From: the human T2T-CHM13v2.0 reference genome, Homo sapiens
Reading direction: 5' to 3' (one strand)
DNA length: 64,000 nt
Assembly: GCF_009914755.1 (NCBI RefSeq)
Contig: NC_060929.1
The translations under genes were made by a program, and so were the position numbers. Position 1 is the stretch's first letter, and each line of letters starts with the position of its first letter. This document shows positions 41,251-54,562 of the stretch, in pieces. The notes below the pieces were generated by a model that did not search any database, was not told where the DNA came from, and saw only the letters and a program-made list of their open reading frames with translations.

Positions 41251-42174
41251 TCCTTGAGCCCAACAATTTGTTGCCTTAGATGGTCCTAGCACACACCTCA
41301 ATGATTTGGTAGTTATTGACCAAAAGCTCATTTCTGCAGTTGAGAATACATGGTAGACTATGGGCTATTAAGGCTTGTGATTTCCACCTGGTGAACAGGA
41401 ATAAGTACTTCTGGGACTCGTATTCACCTCTGTGAGAGTAAGAGATGAGAAAGATATATGATAGGATTCAATCTCAAAAGCTATTGTTTGGTCTTAATTT
41501 CTCACAGCTTTTTCAGTCACCCAGGACACTGTTCTGGCCATGAAATTCCATGAAGAAAAGAAGGATACTTGTAATGTTTATTGACTTTTGGATTCCAAGT
41601 TCAAACAGTCATTCTCCCAATCAAATATATCTTTCATACATTTTTACAGGCGTACTGTTGGGAAGCTTTCAAAACACTTTCACTGAAACTTCACAGAGAT
41701 TCATAGATTGTATTTTGTGGAAAGTTGATTCTGTTTTGAAGAAGGAATGGTTAACTTATGCCACAAATTGATTACTTTCCTTTTGATAACGCAGCTGTTG
41801 GACAAAATTTATTTTTTTCTCCAGAACATTCCATATTCAAAAGCTTAGGCAAACTTTAAAAAATGTGCTAACCACCTAACAAATAACTCAAAAATAATAT
41901 CAAACTCTTACAACAATTGGTAAATTAATATTCCAAAAAATACATTCTCACATCACTATTATGAGTAAACTTCAAAACACAGATAACTAAATATCATCTG
42001 GTAGCATCAACAGTTATTCTCGGTTTGGAAAAAAACTATAAATCCAAGTTTTTTAAAATCAACACAAACACTCGTCTTTACTTCTCTGAAATTTCTTCTT
42101 GATAAAGTATAATTAATGCCACATATTTCACAATAATATTACCATTTATAATAGTTATTTCTTCTTTATAGTAA

Positions 42175-42428
<254 letters not shown>

Positions 42429-42484
42429 ATGCTGCTCTTTGCATGAACTTCCATCCTTTTCTGGTAAGATGGAAATAACAGTTC

Positions 42485-45400
42485 TTTTTTAAATGTTAAA
42501 TATAGATTCAAATACAGTAGAGTGTGCAGATTGTTAATATATATAGTTTGATGAGATTTGACATGTATATATAAATCAATGCATCCGGGAACCCAGTAAA
42601 AAAATATTATATTTCCTTTACCCTGAAAATTTCTCTCATACTCCTGTTTTTGTATTGACCACACCTCAACACAGATAGTCACTATTCTTATTGCTACCAA
42701 CATAAATAAATAATTTTTATTTGTCATAGAACTTCATATTACTGGAATCCTAAAGAGTGTGTACTTCTTTGTGTCTGATTTCTTTTGCTCAACATAATGA
42801 CTTGAGATTAGGTTATACTTTGCACACAGCATTAGCTGATTCTGTTTCATTGCTGAGTGGAATACCACAATTTTCCACTCATTCACACATTGAACATTTT
42901 TTTCTCCCCAATTTGGCTAATGCAGAGATAGCTGCTCTGAAATTCATATAGAAGCCTTTGTGTAGACATATTTTTCTTCCTCTTGGGTAAATACGTAGGA
43001 GGAGAATTTATGGATCAAATGGTAAGTGTATGTGATTTTATTAAAAGCTTCCAAATTGTTTCCCAAAGCAATTGTATCACTTAGAACTCCCATCAACTTA
43101 ATGACATTAAGCATCATTTTATGTGCTTACGACCTATCTGAACTCTGCTTTTGTGAAGATTTTATTTTTTGGTATTTGATATGGTTTGTATCTGTGTCCC
43201 TGCCCAAGTCTCATATCAAATTATAATCCCTAATGTTGGAGGTGGGGCTGATGGGAAGTGATTGAATCATGGAGGTGAATTTCTCCCTTTTGTGTTGTTC
43301 TCATGAAAGAATTCTCACAAGATCTGGTTGTTTTAAAGTGTGTAGCACCTCCCACTCCCCCCCAGCTCTTGGTCCTGCTTTGGCCATGTAAGATGTGCCT
43401 GTTTTTCCTTCCCCTTCCACCCATAATTGAAAGTTCCCTGGGGCTTCCCTGGAAGCTGAGAGGATTCCAGCATCATGTTTCCTGTATAGCCTGTGGAACT
43501 GTGAATGAATTAAACCTCTGTTCTTTATAAATTTTCCCATATCAGTTATTTCTTCATAGCAATGCAAGAACAGACTAATACAGAAAATTGGTGCTGAGTA
43601 GTAGAGCATTGTTATAAAGAAACCTGAAAAATGTGGAAGCAACTTTGGAGCTGGATAACAGACAGAGGGTGGAGGAGTTTAAAGGGCTCAGAAGAAGACA
43701 GGAAGATGAGAGGAAGTTTGGAACTTCACAGAGATTGGTTAAATGGTTGTGACAAAAATTCTGTTAATGATATAGACAGTGAAGTCCAGGCTGAGGAGGT
43801 TTCAGATGGGGATGAGGGACTTATTGAGAACTGGAGCAAAGGTCACTTTTTTTATGCTTTAGCAAAGAGCTTTGTTGGATTGTGCCCCTGTCCTAGTGAT
43901 CTGTGGAATTTTGAACTTGAGAGAGATGATTTCAGGTGTCTAGTAGAAGAAATTTGTAAGTAGCAAAGCACTCAAGAAGTGACCTGACTCCTTCTAACAA
44001 CCTATGTTAATAGGTATGAAAATTTGTAGCTTGGCCATGTGGTAGAAAAGAAAATTCCATTTTCAGGGGAGTAATTCAAGCCAGCTGCAGAAATTTGAAT
44101 AACTAAAAGGAAGGCAAATGCTGATAGCAAAGACAATGGGGAAAAGTCCTCAAAGTCATTTCAGAAACCTCCATGGCAGTCCCTCCCTTCAGAGGCCCAG
44201 AGGCCTACAAGGGAAAAATGGTTTCATGGGCTGGGACCAGGGCCCCACCGCCCTGAAGAGTCTCAGGACACTGCTCCTTACATCCCAGCCATGGCTAAAA
44301 GGGGGACAGATATAGCTTGGGGTGCTGCTTCAGAGTGTGCTAGCCATAAGCCTTGAGAGTTTCTATATGATATTAAGCTTACAGGTGCACAGAATGCAAG
44401 AATTGAGGTTTGGGAGCCTCCACCTAGATTTCAGATGATTTGTGGAAAAGCCTGAATGTCCAGGCAGAAGCCTGCTACAGAGGAGTAACCCTCATGGACA
44501 AACTCTAGTAGGATGGTGTGGAGGGGAAATGTGGGGTTGGAGCCCTCACACAGAGTTCCCACTGGAAAACTGCCTAGTGGAGCAGTGAGAAGAGGGCCAC
44601 CAGACACTGGGATGGGTAAACCTACCAATAGCTTTCACCCTGTGCCTGGAAAAGCCACAGGCACTCAATGCTAGCCCATGAGAGAAGCTGTCGGGGCTGA
44701 ATCCTGCAAAATCACAGGGGTGGAACTACCCAATGCTTTGGGAGCCCACCCTTTGCATCAGTGCCCTTGATGTCAGACATGGAGTCAAAGGAGATTATTT
44801 TAGAGCTTTAAGATTTAATAACTGCCCTGCTGGGTTTCGGACTTGCATGGGACATGTACTCCCTTTCTTTTGGTGGATTTCTCCCTTTTGTAAGGGGAAC
44901 TTTTACCCAATGCCTATAACTCCATTTTTTCCTGGGAGTAACTAACTGGTTTTTCATTTTACAGGCTCACAGAGAGAAGAGACTAAGACTACTAGTCTTG
45001 TGTTAGATGGGACTTTGGACTTTGGACTTTTGAGTTAATGTTGGAATCAGTTAAGATTTTGGGAGACTGTTGGGAAGGCATAATTTTATTTTGCACTGTG
45101 AGAAGAACATGAGATTTGGGAAGGGCCAAGGGTGGAATGATATAGTTTAGATCTGTGTCCATGCCTAAATCTCATGTCAAATTATAATCCCCAATTTTGG
45201 AGGTGAAGCCTGGTGGGAGGAGATTGGATCCAATCATGGCAGCAACTTTTCCCCTTTGGTGCTGTTCTTATAATAGAATTCACAAGAAATACGGTTGTTA
45301 GAAAGCATGTGGCACCTTCCCCACTTGGTTCTGCTCCAGCCATGTACATGCTTGCATGCCCTTGGCCTTCCATCATTACTGAAAGTTTCCTGAGGCCTCC

Positions 45401-47000
45401 CCAGAAGCAAGGCAGATGCCAGGATCATGTTTCCTCTACAGCCTGCATAACTGAGAGCCAATTAAACCTTTTTTCTTAAATTATCCAGTCTCAGATATTT
45501 CTTTATAGCAATGTGTGAACAGATAAATACAGTATTCTTATTAAGGTAAATGTTTTATAATTCTGGAAAAAAGAATTTTGGTCAGATATATGTATTGTGA
45601 TATTTTCTCTCAATCTGTGGCTCTGTGGCTTATCTTTTTTATATTTATTTTGTTCCCTATCTTTTTAAGGTATTTTGTTTATTCTTTCTTTGCCTACCCT
45701 AAAGTCTCAAAGATTAACTCCTTTTTTGTTCTTCTAAATTGTTTTACAACTTTAACTATTAAATGTAGGTCTTATGATCTATTACCAATTAATTTTTCTC
45801 TGTGGTATGTCGAAGAGTTCATAATTTCTTTACTTTTGACACGGATATCCAATGTTTCAGCATTATATGCTATAAAAAGTTGTCATTTAATCATTGAGTT
45901 ACTTTGATCCCTCTATAAATGCAATGTCCACATGGCCTTGGTTATTACAGCTTTAGAGTAAGCTTTAAAATCAGATTAACATGAATTCCCAATATTATTA
46001 TTTATTTCACATTGTTTTGGTTCAAAATTCACTTGTTTCTTTTAGTAGCTTTTAAAAAGTTTTTTTTTTAGTATTGGTTAATATAGTATTTTTAGTATTG
46101 GTTAATATCTTTCATAAATAAACAGTTTTACTTCCTGCTTTACAATCATTATGACTTGTTTTCTAGAAATAGTCATTGACTAGGGTCTCTAGCACAATGT
46201 TCACTACAAATCATGAGTGGACATTTCTGCATTTAAACTGCTACTATTTTACAGAGATGTTTGCATCAAGGTTAATGTGGAATATTAGCCTTTAATGTCC
46301 TTTTGTTGTAACATCTTTGTGAGATTTTTGTATTAGTGATATGTTTGCTTCATAAAATAATCTCAAAATTGTCTTTTTTTTAATATTCTAAAAGAGTTCC
46401 TGTTAAATTGGCATTTTTTTAAATTAAATGTTTGGTTGAATTAACCAATGAAATAAACTTTGCTTTGAGTATTTTTGCTTAATTTCCTAATACTTGATTA
46501 TTTTGAAATATTATTTCTATTTTAATACCACTGTTGACAGAAGGTTTTTGATAATACATTCAATTTCTTTAGTAATTATATGGCTATCTAAATATCCTAA
46601 TTAAATTAGCCCTAGCTTTTTAAAGTTGTATCTTTTAAGGAATTAGATTATATTATCTAAGTTGTTGAATTCGTTGTCGTTAAGTTGTACATAATGTTCT
46701 CTGATTATCATGTCAATGACCTCAAGCTGCAAATTGATGTCCCTATATAATCCCTAATATTGATCAATTATGTTATCTTTTTTATTGGTTAGCAAAACTA
46801 AAGATTTTCCATTTTCTTGATCTTTTTAAAGGCCTATATTTTTCCTCTTTTTACCCTATCTTTTTAGAGACCTATATTTTTACTTCTTTGTTTATCCGAA
46901 ATACTATTTGTGTTTTTCAATTTAACTGACTTCTGTTCTTTTTTATACAGTATTTTTTCTATATTTGTTGTGTTTACTTTCTTTTATTTTCTAACCTCTA
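42485..47000 (-). mobile_element. Old L1ME-type element (3'UTR and ORF2 remnants) split by the MSTA provirus
   Basis: tttgtgtagacatat...cttgggtaaatacgtaggag; resumes after 45536 with ttttctctcaatctgtggct and ttacagctttagagtaagc. Confidence 0.65.
43177..45531 (+). mobile_element. Complete MSTA-type MaLR provirus: 5'LTR 43177-43582, internal 43583-45137, 3'LTR 45138-45531
   Basis: Two homologous TG..CA LTRs; internal region starts gaaaattggt; purine tract gggaagggccaagggtggaa before the 3' LTR; perfect TSD gtatt at 43172-43176 and 45532-45536; MaLR ORF remnant MWKQLWSW..EEDRKM at 43631-43963. Confidence 0.93.
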
Positions 47001-47002
47001 TA

Positions 47003-47725
47003 TTTATTTTTAATTTGCAGATAATATTGTATGTATTTATCATGAAAAACCTGATATTTTAAGATACACGATGATAAAAGAAAAACTTCAGTCAAATTAA
47101 ATTTAAAGGAGTGTAACTGAGGGATGAAGGATTCAAGAATTGGGCAGTTTCCTGAGCCAGAATAAGCTCGGAGACTCCAGCGTAGCCACATGGTGGAAGA
47201 AGATTTATGGACAGAAAAAAGAAAGCGACATACAGAAAATGGAAGTGAGGTACAGAAACAGCTGGATTGGTTACAGCTCAGTGTTTGCCTTATTTGAACA
47301 TGGTTCAAACAGTCAGCTACATTTAATGGCCAAAACTCAGTGACTGGCACAGGTGTGGGCTACAGTCTATGTCTCCACTTGTTATATTTCATGATGTACA
47401 GAGAAACCTTTAGGTCGAACTTAAAATATTTAAAAAGGAAGCTTTACGTTAAACCTGATTTAACAACATACATAGTGAAATGTTTAGCTAATTAACAAAT
47501 GCATTACTTCACACAGTTATATTTGTGGGCTCCTGGTATGTTTTAAGAATACAATATATCATCATTAACTGTAGTCATCCTGCTGTACAATAAATCTCTA
47601 GAATTTACTGTACCTATCTAACTATATTTATGGATCTTTTAACCAACTTCTCCCCATTTCCGCCTAGTCCACCATTCCTCCTAACTACCTCAGTCTCTGG
47701 TAACACTAACTTCCTTCAGTATACT
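47003..47725 (-). mobile_element. L1MA4-6-like 3' fragment interrupted by MER57
   Basis: agataatattgtatgtatttatcatg; gctaattaacaaatgcattacttcaca; attaactgtagtcatcctgctgtacaataaatctc. Confidence 0.7.
47072..47465 (-). mobile_element. MER57A/B-like (ERV1) solo LTR
   Basis: Ends gagaaacctttaggtcgaacttaaaatat..aaacctgatttaaca (reverse complement of the MER57 start); gctggattggttacagctc. Confidence 0.85.
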
Positions 47726-47953
47726 CTGAGAAAACTAATTTTTAAAATCTCTCCTAATAAAGTATTTGAAGACATGGTCTCTAAGAACTGCTTTAGCTAC
47801 ATTCCACAAATTTAGATATGTTATGTGTTCGTTTGTATGCAGTTAATATATTTTCTTTTTATCTTTGTGGTTCCTTTTTATACTCCTGGTTTATTTAGAG
47901 ATGTTTGTCTTCATTCTCTAATAGTTATTTTGAAATATCTTTTCTATTTCTTT

Positions 47954-48266
47954 CTTTCTTTCTTTTTTTTTTTTTTTTGAGACAGATTATTGCTGTCACC
48001 CAGGTTGTAGTGCAGTGGCACAATCTCAGCTAATTGCAACCTCCACCTCCCAAGTTCAAGTGATTCTCCTGTCTCAGCCTCCTGAGCAGCTGGGATTACA
48101 GACGTGAGCCACCAAGCCAAGATAATTTTTTTTTTTTTGTATTTTTAGTAGAGATGAGGTTTCACCATGCTGGCCAGGCTGATCTCGAACTCCCGACCTC
48201 AAGCGATCCGCTCACCTTGGCCTTCCAAAGTGCTGGGGTTACAGGCTTGAACCACCGTGCCTGGCC
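47954..48266 (-). mobile_element. AluSx/Sz, full length
   Basis: gacctcaagcgatccgc; TSD ctatttcttt on both flanks. Confidence 0.93.
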
Positions 48267-49614
48267 CCTATTTCTTTTTAATTCCACTGTTTACAGAAAA
48301 CATATACTGTAAGTTTTTTTTTTTCAAATTTATTAAGTCTGTTTTATGCCCCAGCACATGGTAAACACTGAGAATAAGGGATTGTCACATTTTCCTAAAT
48401 TCTGCGGCACTTGAAACATACAATTCCAGCAATGGGCAGGCATGAAATTTCTGGGAAATTACTTCAGTCTTACAGTAGTCACTTTCCCCTTGACTCCTTG
48501 AAGAACTGCTCATGCATGCACAATTCTGTGATCTGCCCTACATTTCAGGGGAATTTACATATATCTGATAGGGATTCTCTTTCTGGGGCTCCCTCATTTC
48601 TGGATTATCTGTCTACAATTTATCTCTAAATTAGCACCCCAAAACTCCATCCTTTGACTTTTTATGCCAAAAAGACCAAATTTCTCCTTGATTTCTATCT
48701 ACTTTGTACTACAGAATTGTAAAGTTCTCCCAGAGCAAAAATTTTATAAATATAAATCTCACCTGGTGTGATTCCTTTGTGTCAAGAATCCAGTTTCATT
48801 TTTTCTGCTTTTAATCTGCTATTCATTCTAACAAAAAGTCTCTGCAAGGCTTTCAATCTGTTATTCATTATAATTTGTCTGGAGTTTACAACAGTTATTT
48901 GCAGTAGGATTAATGTGATAAATGTTACTCCGCTATTATAAAAAGCAGAACTTCAACATTGAAAGTATCTTCCACCTGGCTAAAATAATAATAGATTATA
49001 AATTTCGAGTGAGTATACAGCCTCCATTCTCATTACTTTACACATATAAACAAAATCCTTAGAAGAGCTCAGAAGTTAGCTTTAATATGATCTCTATTTT
49101 GTGGATGAAAAAACAGGGAACTTTTTTTTAACCAAAACCACAGAACTATCAAGTAAAGAAACTTGTTTTGCAACTTAGTAAAACTTCTTCATAGCCCACA
49201 CTTGTGACCAGTTCTCCATAATGCTGCTTATAAATTGAATATCTCTCTACCACCTTTTTTCCCAAATAATGTGTCCCTAATGCTTTTTTTACACTTAACT
49301 TGTCAGTAGAATGCATTCTTTTTTCTTACGTGGAGAAAACTCCTATTTGTCCTGTAAGACATTGCTATAATGCTGCTGCCTCTGACATTTTCTCCTCTGC
49401 CATTGTGCCCTCACTGCTTCTATTTGTTCCTTGCATGTTTGTTCTCAATGCCTTTATCAGAGCATCCACACACTCTACTGTAACAATTTGATGAATTTAT
49501 TGCACATTTACTAAGTGGAAACAGGGCTCTGGAGACCAAGTAATGAGTAAAGTATTTCCTGCCTTTTTAGAGTTTGAAGTCTAAAGAGAGAATTTCAATT
49601 AATAGTTGAAATGT

Positions 49615-49739
49615 TTGGTCCTGCCAACACAATGATTTCAAACTTCTAAACTCTAGAACTGTAATATAATATGAAGTTTCTGTTGTTTTAACCCATTTTG
49701 TAGCACTTTTTAAATGAGAGCCCTAGGAAACTAATACAG
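49615..49739 (+). mobile_element. MLT1 LTR 3' fragment
   Basis: cctgccaacacaatgatttcaaacttcta..ctagaactgt...gccctaggaaactaataca. Confidence 0.75.
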
Positions 49740-51631
49740 AGTTTAGAGGTAAGCAAGAGTCAAATTATATAGGACCAGTAGTCTTCCGTGTTTATTTGTT
49801 TGTTTTTGCTCAAAACCATGAATTCATTGAATTCTTCAGGGTTGTTTTTTCTTTTTGTTTCTTTCCTTTCTGCTCTCTTTTTCACTTTTATTCAGTCCAA
49901 GATGCACTTAAACCAAACTGAAGATGTTTTGACATTCCCAGCCCTTTCAGGTTTTCATTTATAGCACTACTAGAGTCCTAGACTAGGTTTTCTTTTTTTT
50001 CTTCTTCTTCTTCTTTTTACTTATTGGTATTTTCCCCTGGTCCTCAGCAAGATAAAAAAGTATGTAATAAACATATGGAAATGGTGGTAAAACTGGGAAA
50101 AATCTTGTCAAGAAGATCATATGAATTGAATATCCCATGGATACGTATTGATAGAAAATCAATTCAAAGTCTCTAGGCAAAGTGAAATGGAGCAGCTCTT
50201 CTGACAGATGACTAAAACAAAGAACTTGCTAGTTAGAAGCAATGGTTTTATTGGGAAAATAAGTAAATAACCCAATCTCATTCATGGGACATCAATGATT
50301 TTTTTTAGGTAATATATGTCTAAAACAACTTCTCCAAATTAGTTTTTTTGTTGTTATTCTTTTTCTTTCCAAATCAGTTTTTAAAAAATTTTATTATTAT
50401 AGCAGGACGGTTCCCAGAAACTAAAACTTATATGTATGGCAGGTATTAGTAATAAGTTACAGTGTCTGATTAGAGATTTTAAAAGCTTGACTTATTTTTG
50501 TCAATGTGGGGTCTTATCGTAGAGTAAGAAAATAATTTATTTCATGACACTCAAAGAAAGAAGTCTAGATTATAGGGTTTAATTAGAAAATTCAAGATCG
50601 AATGAATTCAGTTTCCATATGTTCAACCTTCTCTTATCTTAAATATGAGGGTGAGTTATTTCCTGCATGAAGCTATAAAATATATCATTCTGATGCATAA
50701 TCTTTTAAAAGTATAATAAGATGTTTCACCGATAACTAGAATATAGCAATGTATGGTCAACCATCCCCTTTTAAAAGTGAAGCTTTTGCTTTTACTCAAA
50801 ATCTCTGTCAATGGTGGGCCCCCTCACGCCCCAAAAGGAAGGTCTGTGTTAATTAAAATTGGATGTTGTATATCTCTGAATGGTCTTAATCACTTCAATT
50901 AAACTATAGTAAGCAAAATCACAGAATAATAATTTGGAAATGAGATTATATCATCTAGATCCTCAAGGGGATCATAGATGGAGTTAAAGATCAGTTTTCT
51001 GTAGGTCAACAACCAGTATGGGTCATAGAAAATTAAGAGTATTTTTTATATTATCAAGATGCTTTTATTAGCATCCTGAAATCTAGAGCATAGACCACCT
51101 CCTGCCTTGTTATAAAAAGACATACTGACAAATTTATATTTTAAAAGGTGAGAGGGAAAAAAAAGAAAACCTGTTTTCATTGCAATATTTTGCAATTCTT
51201 CCATAATTCAGGATCTTGTTAATACAGTGTAAGTTAAAGGTACATTTACCATGAAGCTAATAAGGAAAAACTTCAGCTGCCATTACTTTTATAAATCCTT
51301 TGTAAGGTGTTGGGTAGGCCCTTGCAATGTGTTCACATGTCCCTCTGCTTTTGCAAAATTTTCAAATATACATTATTTTCATTGCTGTAGATTAATACTA
51401 CTATCTCTTTCTGCTTTGACCTCCCAACTTTTCACACTTTGCCTTAGTTGGTGTTTGAGTGGCTTCAGAATACTTCAGGGATCAGGCTTAAAGGGATGTT
51501 GGGTTAGAGGTATATTTAGTTTGGGATTAGAGTGTACAGTCACTTACATGTATAGTTTATTGCTAACTGTCTTGTCACCAGAATTTCTGCCAGAACTCTT
51601 TATAGCATCACTGTGTCCATTTACATAACTC

Positions 51632-52344
51632 TTTTACTGAAGGTGGCCTGGGCAGGCTCCACAGTCTTCAGTTCTTGTCCTCTTGGGAGAAAGAATTCAG
51701 CCAAGAGACAGAAGTAGATTTAAGACAGAAAGAAGAGTTTATTGAAGAAAAGAAAAGTACACTTGGAAAGAACCTAGCAGCTGACTCAAAAGATTGCATC
51801 CCACCTGATCATTGCCTCAGGGCTCTTATAGAGTTACTATTTCCTAGTTATTCCTGGTTTCCTTCCCCTGTCCTTTCCCTTGAGTGGGCTCTTGGCTAAT
51901 CTCTGCATGAACAATGACTTGCCAGTATCTGGAAGGGGTCACATGTGCCATTTGGTGGCTGAAGTTATGCACATGTCCTATTAGGGCAATTTTCCCTTAC
52001 TGGTCTAGCACCCCAGAGGAAGGTCATATATGAGTCAAACTCCACCATTTTGTCCCTTACTGTGCATGCCTGGACAAGACCCCAGAGGAAAGTCAAATTC
52101 TGCCATTTTGCTCCTTACTTTGCATGCCTGGGTATGTCCTCAGAGGATGGTCAAACTCTGCCATTTTAAGTTCTTATCAGGAAATTTTTGTCCACAAGCT
52201 CAAGATGCCTCCTGTTGTTAGGAAATTTCTCCCTTCCCATCACCAGCATCCTTACATTTGCTTAATACTCACCTGACCGTCACCAGACATTCTTTGAGGC
52301 CTTATCCTGCCCTTCTCAGATCTGCCTATCTACTTACTCTAACA
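51632..52344 (-). mobile_element. MER50-like (ERV1) solo LTR
   Basis: Reverse complement starts tgttagagtaagtagataggcaga..agggcagg; plus strand shows aaagaattcagccaagag..gagtttattg (minus-strand AATAAA). Confidence 0.7.
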
Positions 52345-52886
52345 GCACCACAACACAAGGGTGCTGGTGTGTATAGTCAAGGAGCTTGAATTCACAGAGC
52401 CAGCAGCTTGCCTGTGGAAAATAATTAGTGGGAGTTTCAGTTCTTATAAATACTTGGTCACAATGGAAGTTTTCTCTTGTTAGAAAAAAATGCCTGATAA
52501 ATGAAAAATGCCAGTTCACATAATTTGCTTTATATATTCTTTTTTAAATATTTGATAGAAAGTGCCCCTAAATTGAATTTACTAACTACAGAAAGTATAC
52601 GTGTAAAGCAACATGTTTTATAAATTCCAAATATTAAATAAAAATGCAATTTTCTTTCAGCCAGTTGTAAAGAGATGTAATTACCTCTATATTATTTCTA
52701 TAAAAAAATAAAATAAAATCAAAATTATTGTTCTTTGCAGAAGCAAGCAGAGTAACTATCCAGAGATGTGAGAGGAAAATAAGTATTATAGAGGTGTATT
52801 CAAAAATGAATGAAAACAAATACTATGTAATTTTTCTATATATTTTAATGTTAATGTTATATGGCTGCATTCAAAATTATTAATTT

Positions 52887-53211
<325 letters not shown>

Positions 53212-54163
53212 AATTATTAATTTGTATTCACAAACTAACCTTTGTTTTACAATTCTATATTACTGTCTTAAAGAAGGTCTCCAAATTTGTACAAGTTTCA
53301 GTCTTTACAATACCTAAAATATTAGACACTTCACATAGACTAATAAAATATTATAAAAAAGTATCAGGGCCAATAGGAGAGACTGGCTTCTAATTTTACC
53401 TTAGCCCCAATACATAGGTTTCTGTCCTAGAATGTTCCCCCTCTTTATTCACATTTTGATCAAACAGCAATTTTGTAATTTCTACCTGGACATTTTGGTG
53501 TTTGCTTTACTTTTCATCTCTAACACAACTACTTCTATAAAAAAAAAAGACTAGGAGAAAAATATTCAGATTTTACAGGGATCTATATTTATTAAGCATC
53601 TCACACATCCCTATTCTATTACTTCACACTATTAGCCTCAGCTTTTGTATACTCTATTGGAGTATGTCAGTCACTACTAACACATAACTAAAATAGATGC
53701 CAAATAGTTGAAAAAGTGCTGTTGAATACTAAAAACATTATTGAAAAAAAAGTTGAAAAACCTAGAATATTTTTTCTCAAAATGGGCCAGTAAACAAATT
53801 CACCTTTTAGTAAAAATGAGTGTTGGAACTGTTCCCACTTGAGTGACACTAGCATTATCTTTGATTGCAGTGATAATTAGATCTGTGCTCTATCCTGAGG
53901 TCCTACATCTGGTAAATTATTTTCTTGACTGAGCTAGATTCCAGTCAGCAAGGACAACAGAAGGCACTCCGTGCCTAAGCGCATCTCATCTGGCCACTTC
54001 TCTTTGACCTGTGAACTCCTACAGAGTAGTGTCTTGTACTTCCCCCACACTACATGACTGAATTTTGTATCCATTTGTGACCTTTACTCAGCCATCAAAT
54101 ATGAATAAGGGATAGACATGGGCTCTCATATCCATAGTGGAACCAGTTCATCACACAGGTGGT

Positions 54164-54562
54164 TGAGTCATTTATGGAAGCATTCTCTAAATTGTCTTTG
54201 TGACAGTCTCTTTACTTGAGATGGAAAAGGGATACATCTAAATATGTTTATGAATAGTAAATAATATTGGAAGAAAAACATTTTCTATATCTATAGACAT
54301 AAATTGTATCAAGAAATAGAGGGAATTTCTGTGGCTTCTCTATATTTCTAAAAGTTTGCCAATATTACAGTGAAATCCCAGAATAATTGGTTATTTGTCC
54401 TTTCTGAGGTTAGAATCCACTTATTTATTTACATTTATGTATATATCTACCTCCACTCATGATGTAATGCTGAAAGTGCTGCCTGAGTCAAGCTGCAGTT
54501 TCTAGAATTCTTCAACAATTGTATGACCAACAATAATTAGGTCATACACTATGGTTGACTCA
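54164..54562. promoter_or_regulatory. Candidate enhancer: three AP-1 sites and a C/EBP-ATF-like site
   Basis: TGAGTCA at 54164 and 54484, TGACTCA at 54556, TGATGTAAT at 54460; motif evidence only. Confidence 0.3.

Noticed and set aside
46065-46108. 20-bp tandem duplication (similar short ones at 8794-8820 and about 17205-17232)
   Set aside because: Ordinary slippage duplications in AT-rich DNA.
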